The notes under the pieces were generated by a model. It did no database searches. It had not been told where the DNA came from and saw only the letters and a program-made list of their open reading frames with translations. A program made the position numbers and the translations under genes. This document shows, one piece after another, positions 11,361 to 24,700 of a stretch of 64,000 bases of DNA. Position 1 is the stretch's first letter; the number at the start of each line of letters is the position of its first letter. Where the stretch lies: NCBI GenBank assembly GCA_040285825.1, contig JAUPSS010000005.1, positions 1,178,001 through 1,242,000 on the forward strand, in the 5' to 3' direction. The DNA comes from Eukaryota sp. TZLM1-RC. Its lineage: Eukaryota > Protista > Metamonada: BaSk clade.

Positions 11361-12487
11361 GCTAAGATATGCAAAAATTTGGTATTAATTTAGTTATTGA
11401 TTTTTATCTTTTTATTCATCTTGTTGTGACAACAATCTCCTTGGACCTTTTTAAAAACAGTTAGTAGGTATCAAATTTCCACAGTTCTTCCTTGGCGATA
11501 GATTGTGTATCAAGAAAAAAAGCGCAACAAGAACAATTTAAATCGTAAAACTAGTGATGGTTATTCCAATGTCAAACGGCAAAAAATTTAAATTCCGCGC
11601 CCTTCACCCTCGCACTCAAGTATCAGATTGGGATCTTAGGAATGCTGATGTTTGAAGAGCTCTTACTTCATGGTTTTTCAATAATTTCTCAAGGATGATG
11701 TTTAACAATAACAATTAAGGTGAAGCAATTTTGTTAGTTATTCTAATATTGTAATTATTCCAATAACAACAATAAACAACTATTACGTCTGTCCAATAGT
11801 AGAAAATGTAGGGGTCATACTGAATTTTCATGGCACCACCTTTTCATAGAGTAGCTTGGTGTCATACACATTCTTTTGGCTTTAAATAACGCAATGAGTA
11901 ATTCGAATTAAATAAAATCAAATTAATAGAAACCACTGCGTCACATTCTCAACTATTTCGGTTGAAGATGAGTTTGAGTCAGAAGTGCTGAACGCTGATA
12001 AAGAATTACTATAGTAAAGCATACTGAATACTGTGACTAAAGTTATGCTCATGACTTTCAAGATTGTTGGAAGAAGTAGGCCATTTCCAATAGTAGATCA
12101 AGAACCAGGTGCTATTTTTTTATTACCATGGTCTACAATTAGAATGACTACAGAAGTACATGGTCAGTTCCTGAGTGTCTTGGATATAATTTTTGTTTGA
12201 AACTAAAAGTAAAACTGTCATACATACTGTCATAGTAAACTGAAACTAGGAATAAAAACTATTTATGTAATGTATTTCTGTTTACATCACATCCTCTCTG
12301 GTTTGGGAAACTTTTATATAGGGCGAAAAGGTCTTTTGTTTTGCATATCGGTGGATCGAACCTACTACACCGCGCATTAATGAATAGATATCGAATGTTT
12401 CACAAATTCGACCAATTCAGCTTTGTGTGTCCTTGATGCTCAGTGCGATAGTAATAGTGCGGTTCTCTCAGTGCGGTTCCGAGAGAA

Positions 12488-13443
12488 ATTACAACTACTC
12501 ATTTGTTAAATTGTAAACATTTTATTATTTTTAGAAGCAAGGTTCATGATGCTGTAAGAGACCAGTTATATTGTATGTGTAAATCTTATAGAATTGAATT
12601 TTTCTTGAAACCTCTGTTGTCAAGTCTGTTTGATGCTGAAGATGATTTTCATAAGAATAATAGAGGTGATGTTATTTTACCTGGATTAGATGGAAGTTTC
12701 ATTTTATTGGATGTAATGTCTGTTGATCCTTGTAATGCCTCAAATGAAAGGCTAGTTAATTCGGAAATTCATAATCCCCTTTCAAATGATGAAAATTTCA
12801 AATTCAAAAAAATACAATGAACCTTTGTCCAAATTGGCCAGTCTACAGCATGCAAAATACAATTTGTATCCATTTGTATTTTCTCTTTTTGGTTCACTTG
12901 CACCAACTGCTTTACGTTTTTTGGATGATTTTGAAATGATTGTAAAGAGAAGAACTGGCAGAAATTTCAACAGATTGTTTTGGCAAAATAGAATTGTGTT
13001 TTCTATTTTTAAGGGGATGTTGAAGATGGTTTCTGATGCTTTGCTTTCTCTTGGATCTCACTATGAGAGAGTTGCATCTAGTGTTTTTGTTCTTGGAGAG
13101 ATGTCTACAGCATACATCATAGTCTACAGCATGCAAAATACAATTTGTATCCATTTGTATTTTCTCTTTTTGGTTCACTTGCACCAACTGCTTTACGTTT
13201 TTTGGATGATTTTGAAATGATTGTAAAGAGAAGAACTGGCAGAAATTTCAACAGATTGTTTTGGCAAAATAGAATTGTGTTTTCTATTTTTAAGGGGATG
13301 TTGAAGATGGTTTCTGATGCTTTGCTTTCTCTTGGATCTCACTATGAGAGAGTTGCATCTAGTGTTTTTGTTCTTGGAGAGATGGATTTTTTAGATGTTG
13401 ATTTATAGGTTTTGAATAAAATTAAAATTTTGGTCAAAAAAAA
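12488..13443 (+). mobile_element. 5'-truncated family B RLE non-LTR insertion with internal 280-bp duplication and poly(A)
   Basis: HLLNC..FRSKVHDAVRDQL, RGD...D, KKY endonuclease motifs; A-tract 13436-13443; candidate TSD gtt(c/t)cgagagaa at 12476-12487 and 13444-13455. Confidence 0.9.
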
Positions 13444-13850
13444 GTTTCGAGAGAACCTCAACAAATTTCAAAGGCTGGCTGGACATCCTAAAAAGCTCAA
13501 CTTTGTTGTGGGCTCTGCTAATTTTCCTTCTCATTGCCAAAAAATCAATCGATATGGATCAGCCAGGGCTTTTAGAAACTGGTTGTTTTATCAAAAAGAC
13601 GTAAAGCACTTATCAACCAGTGAACTTAATACACGCAAACTATCCAGTTGTTACATGGCCGAGAATATTCAAGCAGGCTCATGGCAGATGCGTATTTGTT
13701 CTGAATGTCAAATAGTATATGACAGAGATATTTCCGCTGCAAAATATATTCAAATTAATAAGAAAGCGGAATTGTGGCAGGAAAGATACATTTGTTCAGA
13801 AGTTCTATTGAGGAAATGAATGAGGAACCTGAGCATACAGAAACTAAAAT
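13444..13850 (+). pseudogene. Fanzor/TnpB C-terminal remnant (RuvC-II, Zn ribbon, RuvC-III)
   Basis: VVGSANF...TSELNTRKLSSC...RICSECQIVYDRDISAAKYI resembles the TnpB/Fanzor E-x-x-T-S...CxxC...DRDxNAAxNI pattern. Confidence 0.72.
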
Positions 13851-13884
13851 TTTCGAAAAATATTTTATTTTGATTTTTACCTAT

Positions 13885-16800
13885 GATCGTATTTATTGAA
13901 TTTGCACACTTGATTAAATTAAATCATAACTAATGGGACGACTATCATTAAACCAAGATTTCCTCTACAAAATCTTGATTTGCTTGCTGTCTAGCTAAAG
14001 CTTCTCTAATTCGATTGAAAAACCGCGGTAATCTATTAATAATGGCAAATTGAATCCGTGAACGCCATAAAAAAATATCAAATCTTTTCATTGTTTTTTC
14101 TTTCACCATTTTTTGGAAGTCATCCAAAAAAGTTTCTGCTTCAACTGATAATCTTCCATTTATCGAAAATGGGAAAGCAATAAAAACCAGCTGTGTATTT
14201 CTATCGACATTTGCATCTTCAATTTCTTTATCATATTTTCTATGTTTTTCTTTTGCTTTAAAATCCAGAGCAGCCACAGGATTAAGTTTTCTTCTGTGAA
14301 CCAAAGTATCGTTTGCAACATTACATGAAACAAAGTCAACAATAGCTTCAGAATTATCAATCCAATCACAGTATACATCACCTCTATCATCAGAACCAAA
14401 ATTATTCAGAGAAAGTGTTTCCTTCAGCAGGGGCTCTTTGATACACGATATTCTTGCAGTTTGTGCCATATTGAAAACAGTGTCTCTAACAGCATCATGT
14501 AATGAAGAACGATAAGTTATCAATTTAGAGCAATTTAGAGCATGGCGCAAAGTGAGTTGAGGTGAATTCGAACAAATACATTTTTCTTTTGATAATAATT
14601 GGTTAATGGGGATGTTCAAATATAATCTCATTTTTGTTACAAATGCTTCATTAGTGGCACACAATCCAAATCTTCGTGGTACAATGGTTACAAAAAGTGA
14701 CGAATCTGACGCCTTGTTTTCACAAACACCTTTTTCCAATAACAATGAGTGAAGATCTTGATTTAAAACAGCCGAGCTGCAAATATTATTATAAAGATCT
14801 TTTTCATACATTCCAGTCAATCTTTTCTGTAATGTTCGAAGAGTGTACTTCAAATTTAAAACATTTTTTTCTGGAATATTGCCATTGAATGATTGGGGAA
14901 AACATCGACCCCATTTTTCTACATCAATTCTTGAAATTTCTTCATTTAATGCAAAAACAGTGGAACTTTGCGTTGTCATCAATAAATCTTCCCAATCTGC
15001 AAATCTTTCGGAAAACTCAAAGATTGCATTTCTGCATCCACCAACAAAAGCACACGAGGTAAGAATAGAAGCCTTGTCCACCCTAAACCACCATAATGTG
15101 GACTAAGGTAAGTATGATCTGGAATTTGAAACATTTTACATCCCAGTAATTGAGACAGAACTTTTGCACGTAACTCATTAAACTTTTGAGCCAAAGGTCT
15201 AGTGACGAGAGGATTTGTAGATCGAAATATATGATTAAAGTTGGAACTAAAACATAGTCTTATAATGGTAAATTTGATGTGTTTTTTTTATATCTAAATT
15301 CATCATTCGGTCAATTTGTCAGAAATTGAGTTCAACTTTTCAAACAATTTTTTGGTAATTTCATCATTATTTCCTAAAAACGAACCCAAATGACGAATAG
15401 CACCAATTGAATATAATTTGGCTTGAATTTCAATATCATCAATTATTGTGGAAACTGGAGAATTCGATAACAAAACACATTTGAGTAAATTAAGTCGGAG
15501 ACCAATTTTGGTAAATAATTCTTTAAAACATACAGTTGTTTTTTTCACAATATTTAAATCACCAATAAGCACAACATCATCCATATATGCAATCATTTTT
15601 AGTGAAGGAAACATCTCTTGAATTTGCAGTGGAATAGGATGAATGGCCAAACAAAACAAAAGAGGTCCTAACGGATCTCCTTGCTTTACGCCACTTGATG
15701 AACTCAAAATGTTGTTACCAAAATGTAAATTAGAATATGTGCAATATGTTGATTGAAAATATGGTATTAATTCCGGCATATATTGCAATAGAGCACCATG
15801 GATACTGCGACGACTTAGTGAATTGAAAGCATTACTAAAATCCAATGACATGCAAACATTGGATTCATTTTGACGAAATAAGACATCAGTAGCAAAAATC
15901 GTTGAAGAGACTCCATCTGTACTATTTATACCATATTGAAAGGGTAATAAAATCTTTTTTGCTTTTTCATTGAACCTGCTTAAGCAACACGCAGAAAAAA
16001 TATTTTGTAAGCTCTCAGAGACTGCAATAGGACAAACATCCATTTTTTAATTTTTGACAAGTGCAGTCAAACGAGAACTTCTTAATTCTTCTGGATATCT
16101 TAGTGGACCAGTCAATATTTTGTTGAAAAATTTGTTCAATAAACCAAGGCAATTTTCTGAAGAAATAATCGCAACTTTCACATGATCGATAGTAATAGCA
16201 GAAAGTCCGGCAGACCTACCGCGTGGTCTCTTTTTGATTACCGAAAAAACTTCTGATGGCATCTATGGATAATTTCCCAGTATGTGTCGTAAATATTTTG
16301 ATCCATTATAGGAACTTCAAAAGGATCAAGTATTTTTTGTTTATCTATTGGTTTTTCATTGTTGGGTGCTTTAACTCCGGGACTTAAAGCTGACAAAGCC
16401 TTAGACCATTTGTTGTCAAAGCATTTGTCTTCAAAGATTTTACTTAATTTCTCAGATGACTGTTTTCTCGGTGCTATGTTAGTTAAATCTTCAAAATTCT
16501 TTACGAAATTTTGCTCGAAAGGAGGACAAAAAACCAAAAATTCCCAAAGAATAGCATACTTTCCCTTACATAACTGATCCAAAAATCTTTTAAAAACGAA
16601 AACAAATTCTTTGTATTTTGACGGATGAATTTCTTGAGGTATTTTTATGGGAGGATGGAAATCATCAACTATGCGGCATTTCAAGCATCGATCAGCCGTT
16701 TTTTCTTTTGCATTTTTTCTAAAAGGAACACCACAATTGTTGCAAGCTTTGTGCTTGATTCGATTGTTAACTGGTTTTGCAACAACTTGTGGAGAACCAT

Positions 16801-17210
16801 TTATTGGTCTTAGCTTAAATTCTGTTCTCCGAATAAATTTTCTTTTACATTTTGTTTCAGAATTTGTCACATCATTTTTCCAACATTGGGGCATGTTCGA
16901 CCATTGTGTCCTTGTTGTCGACAGTTTGAGCATCTGTAGGTCCGTGGCTTCGGTTTTGAACAAACTATATTTTCATCATGATTTTCTAAAATTTCTTGAT
17001 CAGAAATTTTTTGTCCAAGATTGAAGAGAGAAGAGGTTAAGGAGGAGATGTGAAAAGGACGTTATGAGCATCTTGTTGTCTATCGTTCTTTCTTTTGACT
17101 CCATTAGAATCAGAAACTGATTCAGGCATCAACAAGAAAGAATAGAAGCAATGATTGCGGTTCAGCCAGGTTGTAAGTTAAACGGATTTATGTAGAGGAA
17201 GGAAGAAATA
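13885..17210 (-). mobile_element. Near full-length, frameshifted family A non-LTR retrotransposon (Cys-rich N-terminus, RT, CCHC, RLE; CRE/R2-like)
   Basis: ORF pieces 16238-16963 (CNNC...CLKC), 16047-16262 (RT0), 15303-16043 (LDFSNAFNS, QGDPLGP, YMDD), 13948-15081 (CICx8Hx3C, HDAVRD, RGDVYCD, D, KHRKY). Confidence 0.93.
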
Positions 17211-17213
17211 TAT

Positions 17214-17463
17214 TTTATCAAAGACAACCGTAAATCAGAATGTGTGCCGATGTTGTACTGAATTCAAGTATGTTCAAAAACATTTTTGACAACTATCCAA
17301 TTGCTTGCTTTATAGCGTTACCATAAACAATTTTGTATAATAACCTGTTGTACAATAACAGCTTCTAAAAGAATAAAGTTACAAAATTTAGCTCTGATGA
17401 TCAATGGTCTGTTACAAATGGAAATGTGGTCTTAATTAAATTTTTTTACAATACAACTATGAT
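17214..17463. repeat. ~250-bp dispersed repeat, copy 2
   Basis: Matches 7788-8033. Confidence 0.85.
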
Positions 17464-18753
17464 GAAAGTAACAAATAGTCCAAATGAAACTGTTCTGGAC
17501 CCAAATTGAGTCTCTGTTGTGATTTTAGTCAAATATTCTTGTGTTGGAATTTGCATTCAATGACCAAGGGTCTGACTTATGAAGATTACCTTAGAATTCA
17601 ATAATTTCTTTATTACTTTTGTACTGTTTTGAAACTTATTGGGTCAGCATTGTTGTTGATCATAATTACTTCAATAATTTGATCTGAATGGCATTTATTG
17701 TCGCTGATGATGTCAAAACTTGTACAGAACAAGCTTAAATGCAGAGGCTCTATCAAGATGTAACTAATAGCCTTGTGGGGTGTAGTGAGATCTTTCAAAA
17801 AAATGAGTGTACTATTATTGACTTCTAAATCAGGCGGTGGAGATATTCGTGTGTTATGTCGCCATTAATTATATGTTTATTTTTTGTATATTGTGAAACA
17901 TTGATGAAAAGGGTCAACCCAATGTACATCCAAAAATATAACAAATGCATAGTATATAACAAATGAAATGTGGTGTATCTAAATTAAACAGTGGGCACTG
18001 AAATTTATTAAGCGGTGATTCTTTATCTTTTTTGATTCTGTTTTTTAAGATTCTTCATCTACTCGTTGAATAAATCTGTGATTTCAGAACTAAAGCTCTA
18101 TTGTATAAGCAGAATTTTTTTTCAATTGAATGTTTGTAGACAAAAGCACATGTCTAATAACATTTGAATACGGATGGCCAAAAATGATAATTCAATGACG
18201 CTTTTCTTGTTTACAAAGCAGGAAATTCAACAAAATTTAACGAAGATTTGTTCTCCATCATTAAGCCTGTTTGTTTTCCAGAGATAAAATATCTAATTCT
18301 AATAAACAATAGGGACATCTACTGATAATGGAAAATTGAATTCGGAATCATTATCATTTTATCATTTTTTTGGTTTTTTTGTACATTGTTCGTGGAAGTA
18401 AATGTGTGAAATTTCGATGTTGTTTTATAGAAGGTGAAAAGCACTAAATGAGATGTCATTTTCTATCAGCATTAGCTTCCTCCATGTCACAACTGTCTTT
18501 TTCAGGTTTGTTCTTTTGCTTTGAATTCGTGTGCCTCAACTCTCTCCAATTGTCATATGCAACAACTACAAAAAATCAGCAATACATACAAATTTACTAA
18601 TTCAATCGAAAAATATAACCCGTTTAACCAAACCAAATATGTAATCAAATACTTCTATGTTGATCAAGTACATTCAATTTGTGTCAAAATTCTGTTCAGA
18701 ATCAATAATAAGAACTGTTTTGTTTTTTTTTATCTAAATTTACAAACTTCAAA

Positions 18754-21700
18754 CTATTTACTATGGTTTGAAGGTCTACTCACTTTCCTCAAAGGCGGAA
18801 GAGATGTTTCCTTTTTCTGCAAAGTATCAACAACGGGTAATGACGTTGGTAACATTGTTTTGGGTGGAATTGCAGTCGATTGAAGCCTTGGTCTGTTACT
18901 CAAACCAGCTTTTTGGGAGTTAAGTTTGGGCAAAACGTGATTATTTTGTGCAACTTTAGATATTTTTGTGGTAGGCGTCTTCGCCAAATCACTCTCCAAG
19001 AACGGTCCGTGAGATTCAGAACCAACCAATTGTCCATTACTATGTTTTCTTGTTTTTTTGTTTTGTTTTGTATCCTTTGGCTTGCCTTTGATGGGTTTAA
19101 GCTGAACCAGTTGAGGACCAGAACTAGCACGAGGACGCTCAAGTGCAGTGGGAATAAAATCTTTACGGAAACTGGCCAAACTAGGGAGATTTTCTGGACG
19201 TAAAGCTGGTTTCAGAGGCTTGACTTTGCCCAATTTGGAAGTTTTTCTTCTTGACAATCGTGTTCTTAAAAGAATAACAATAGTAAAAGCCGTAATCAAC
19301 ATAATAGAAACTACAATAACTAAAACCAGCAAAGGAAAAGTATCAGGATCTTCTGGCATTGGAAGTAATACCACTGAAACAGCTGAGTGTTGAAGATTAG
19401 TGTTATTAATTTTGAACTGAACGTGTACATTGTGAATACCCTTTTCAAACTGCGGATTAGGAGAAATCTTCACCAATCCAATCAACATGCTCTCATCAGA
19501 ATTAGCATATGAAATATTTTGTTGAGTGAAATTCAAGGATTTAGAATAACCCAGTAGTTCTCCATGCTGATTTAAACAACCATAATTCGAAAGATTTGGT
19601 TCATCAACATAAAAACTTTTAGAGCACATATGGACAGATACAATATCCAGATCAAAGTCAGAACTGTTGGTCTCTAAGCTATTAAATTCTGGGCGATCAA
19701 CAACAATGTATGCAAAAACAGGTGAATCACTAGCATAAGGACCTGTAGAATGAAAATTTCGCAAATCAGCAAAGGTTGAATTGTTAGGAAAACCATCAAT
19801 CAAAGCGTCTGAAAGAATAATACCTATAGAGTCTTTGAAATTCAATATAGATTGAACAGGCTGTGTGGTTAGTTCAAATTGCACTCTATCCCCATCTTTT
19901 GTCTCAATCGCGTAAGAGGTCAGAAAATCAAATGGTGATCTTTTGGGGTCAATAGAAGTAATCAAAACTAAAGAACCCGCTGCTAGTAAACGAGTAGGCA
20001 CGGTATTATCTGGTAAGTTTATGGCTTTTTCAAATTTTACAGTCGAATGAAACTCTAATTGAAAATCATATTGACCTTCCTCAGATCCTTGCCATGAAAT
20101 GTAAAAACGTTTGAATAAATCATAGGGAGATTCACAGAATTCAGAAGCGTCTAAAGAAACACCATCTTTACATGAATCTATAGTAATGTTTTTCAAAACC
20201 ATTATACTCGAAAACATAAACTTTTCTGTTTTTTGAAGAACTATTTGATCATTATTGCCGGTAATAGAAGCTTGGATCAAACTAATGGATACTTGACCAA
20301 ATATTTCAAGAATAGGGGTCCCTCGATAAACACGAACTCCTTCAGTAAAAGAGCGATTTTCAAGACAATTCATCAAATTTTCGCCCTTTATTGGCAGTGA
20401 GTATGTGACCGTATCACAAGATTCAGACCGCTGATCCCATATGTTTGAGTCGCTATATGGTAAAAAGTGATTATTTCCAAGTGCCGAAGATAGGTTTGAA
20501 TGAGGGGCTGAATAGGCGAACTGTAACCGATCAGCATCATTTAGAAAACCTGGTATCTTATTGGCACATTGAGAAGTATTGTTCAGATCCACAGTTGCTT
20601 GAAGTGGAAATTCAAAAAAATCAATCACCCAGGTGAGAGCATCTCGAACATAAGGGACAACTACCTCAATTTCATATAAATTAAAACCAAGGGGTAAGTA
20701 ATGTGTGTAAATTGAAGAAATTTCAATAGAATCTTGGAGCGCACACTGTTCACAATGGTTACAGTACCAATTATCGTAGTTATGAAAGGTTGGGGTGTGA
20801 ATTTCAGTAGCTGAATCACACAGACCATCATCATAAGACCATCCACAGTACTGGGAAGATGTACACATTGAGCAGGATGTGATTTGAACGCAAGTTGGGG
20901 AACATTTGGTAGAATTTTCGTAACAGAAACAATTTTGCCACGTACAATACATATTATCAAGAAGCAGAACACCCAGGCCAACTATTTGACCATATTTATA
21001 ACCAAAAGGACCAGGTTGAGTGAGTACTGAGGTATTATCACCGATAAAAATAGTAGATTGAGGTGAATTCAACGTTAGTGAATGAATTAATGTTTGGTTT
21101 GATGGTTTCAAAATTCCTGAACTCACTTTGATGTTTCCAACTACCGAGTTTTCTTCTATGTAAACTCCTTGATTATCGCAAAACGAATGCCAGAAAAGAT
21201 CATCAGTAAGTATTGTGTCAATTGGAGAAAAATCTTCGCATTCAATATCGACTTTGATGTACGAGACGAACACAAATGGTTTAAGCATTAATTGACCAGA
21301 TTCAACAATAACTTTGTGCACGAAAACGTCTGCAAAAAACGTTACACTTGAGTGTTTAATGTGAATCGTGCCAGTAATGTTTAAAGGGGTGAATGAATTG
21401 AAGATCGAATTTTCCAAGTTTAACCTCGAATTCCCAAAAGAGCAGTCTAAAATTTGCCCAAGATTAACAAAAGTTGACTCAATAAATGTGATATTAGAAT
21501 TACAAACTTCAATGTCGCCAAAATTTGAGAATGTCAATCCAAAAATAGCCTCCATATCGTTAGCTAATTGAATAGAACCATTGTTGACAAGGCTACCAAG
21601 TGCAAAAGCTCCATCCATAAACGAATTGGAAAACAATACAGTGGATGTATTGCTTATGGAAATTGCAGTTGATTGTTCACTAACAAGCAGATTTCCCTCA

Positions 21701-24700
21701 AAATTAATTGTATCCAACACCAAAAGTTCTCCACTCCCAAGTAGAGATAATGTGTTTGAAATCAAACTAGGACCTGTTAACGCTAATACTGAGTTATTAA
21801 AATCAACAATGCAATCATTACTTCCAAGAGAACCTACATCAGTAGCATCGTTGAAAACAAGTAAAGTAGAAGATGAGCAGTCAAGGAATTCAAATGATGA
21901 ATCAACAAGCAAAGTAACAAATGAGTTGTGCTCAATGTTCATTAATGTTTTATTCAATTGAATATTGTAAAATACCAAATGAGATGCCCGAATAGAAAGT
22001 TTAGGAGTTGATGTAAACAGTGATAATTCACCAACTGCGTTTGAAAACAAAACGTCGGAATTTCCTGAAAAGGTACAATGTCGGAAATCAACATTAGCAG
22101 AACGAAACAAAATGTTCTGATTTACTTCAAATCTAGCAAAAGTTCCAAAAATAGTTGATTGTAGAACTGAAGTACCTTGTATACTTGTGAAAGTAGAATA
22201 AGGTAAAAATTGAACAATTACCTCGGTGACTAAAATACAACCTCTTGAAACAACTGTTCCCGCGATATAAATTAATGTTGTTGGAGGAGTTGTGGAATAG
22301 ATAATAAGACCAGATAAATCAAGTAATACAGTCCCCGTTGAAGACACAAAAATTCTACTATTAGAGGACATATAAAGATCCTTTTGTTTCCATTCAAGTG
22401 TGTCAACAATGTGCAAATTGTGACTAATTAATTGTCGATTTTTTTCAGAAATTTTTTCATTGTAAGCTGAACTAAAGATTGCAGTGCCATTGATGAATGT
22501 TGTAGATTCGAAGTACTTTGAAGTTAAAACACCACCCGTAAAATGGTATAAGTCCAACACAAATAAGTCAGATGAACCAGCTCGTGTACCGTCTAAGTGA
22601 TAAAAGTAATTAACAGCAACTAATCCTTCACAAGAAGGTGAAAACAATGAATTATCCAATAAATGAAGGTTGTTGATTACGATGTCACATCGACTATTAT
22701 CAATATTGAATTCACCAAAATCTTGCAAAACAAATTCACTGTCTTGAGAAGAAACCATTGAGTCCTCAACAACACTTACCAATGCCATGTCATTGATGTT
22801 AAATTCAGAACCAAAGATTGACAATTCACCACCATTGGTTATAGTAATTTTTGAGTTCACCATAAGTTCCACATTTGACCTCATTATTTCCAAACTTGCT
22901 GTATGATGAACCAAAGTTGAATTAATAAATGACAAAGTGGTGTTGAACGTATATAAACCTGAATAATTTACCTTTGCAATAGTTGAATTAACTAAGAATA
23001 CCGTACTTGTATCAATGTCCATCAGCGAATCCCTTGAAGCATTGCAGTATTTACTAGTAAATGGTCGAAATACATTCTCTTCAATTGTTAATGCCGTAAA
23101 ATTGATAATTGATTGTGTACTGGAAACTACTGATCCAAAGTTTGAAAAAGAATTGATGACAGTGAGGTTAGTAGCAGTCATGGCGGTGTCCTGCAACCTT
23201 AATATGTCTAATGCACATGTATTTAATACTAGGGCGTCAAAAATTGAAATACCAGATTGTCTTAAAATAAAAATTCCATCAGTCGTATAAGAAGCCGAAA
23301 TTAAAAAATTCGAAATCTCAACTGATGAAGCAGCTTTGGCTTTGAAAATTGGCCCTGTTAGGTTTGTGAATTGAACATAATTACCATAGAAAAGAGTTTT
23401 GGTTAATTCAAAGTGACCATCAGTAGCAGTAGAATCACGAACAAGAACAGTTTCTAAATCAATAATAGACTCAGTAGCAACAATAGATTGAGATTGACAA
23501 CCAACAACAACTACATCATCAAAATCAATATTAGATTTAACAAGGGTAATAAGAGGTTCATGATTAGCACATCCACTGATAACTTTACCATTAGAATCAA
23601 CTGGACCTAAAGTTTTGACTTTGGTGAAGTCCAAGGTTGAATCATCAGCATTGATAAATGAACCTGAATAAGAAGTAAGATCAACAATATCCAAATTACT
23701 TAAAGAAATTTCAGATTTAGAAATGGAATCAATTAATCTAAAAACAGATGAATCAAGTATTTGAGAATCAATCAAAGAAAATTTACTAGAGGAAATCTTC
23801 ATAAGGGCCTCAGATGGAGTATCAATATTTAAAATTGGTAGACGCAAACCATCAACTTTAGAGTCACTCTTTACGTCAAAAACTTTACCTTCAAGATTGT
23901 TAAATTCGACATCAGTTGCAGTGAAATTAGAATTGGTTAAATCAACATGTCCAGAAGCTTGTGAATCTAATACATCAACATTAGTAAAGGTAACATCTGC
24001 ATTGTTAATACCAACAAGAGTTTGGGACAAATGACCAATAAGTGAGGCATCAGCCAAAGTAAACTCTGAATTATCAACAGTAAATAAAGGATCAGTAAAT
24101 GAACAAGTTACAGTAGTTGAAGTAGTAGATTCCTTGACAATATTGATATTATCTAAGGTTAATTCAGAATTATTTGAGGCATCAAATAAAGAACCACTAT
24201 AAGTATCAGGATGAGATGCCTTCAAATCATGAATTTTAATAGTAGAATCAACAGATTCAAATGCTGGTCTTACACAAGAATTAATAATTTCAGCTTGTTT
24301 TAAATCAATAGTAGAAGAGTCAGTAAGCATCATTGAATCATTATTAGTAGTGGTATCAATAACTTTAACATTTAAACCTTGAACTTTAGAATCACTCTTT
24401 ACATCAAAAACTTTACCTTCAAGATTATTAAATTCAACATTAGTTGCAGTGAAATTAGAATTGGCTAATTCAAAGTGACCATCGGTAGCAGTTGAATCAC
24501 GAACAAGAACAGTTTCTAAATCAATAGTAGAATCAGTAGCAACAATAGATTGAGATTGACAACCAACAACAACTATATCATCAAAGTCAACATTAGATTT
24601 AACAAGGGTAATAAGAGGTTCATGATTAGCACATCCACTAATAACATCATTATCAGAATCAACTGGACCTAAAGTTTTGACATTGGTGAAGTCCAAGGTT

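Noticed and set aside
15303-16043. Group II intron, retron or DGR reverse transcriptase
   Set aside because: C-terminal CCHC + RLE domain, A-tails, TSDs and 5' truncations indicate non-LTR retrotransposons; no TR/VR pair with adenine-specific differences was seen
13855-17220. atattttat as TSD of the long family A element
   Set aside because: The left copy is ~20 nt from the 3' end defined by other copies, and the motif is low-complexity
17790-18480. Possible Helitron/Polinton protein relic
   Set aside because: Only vague short similarities among many stops; cannot be supported
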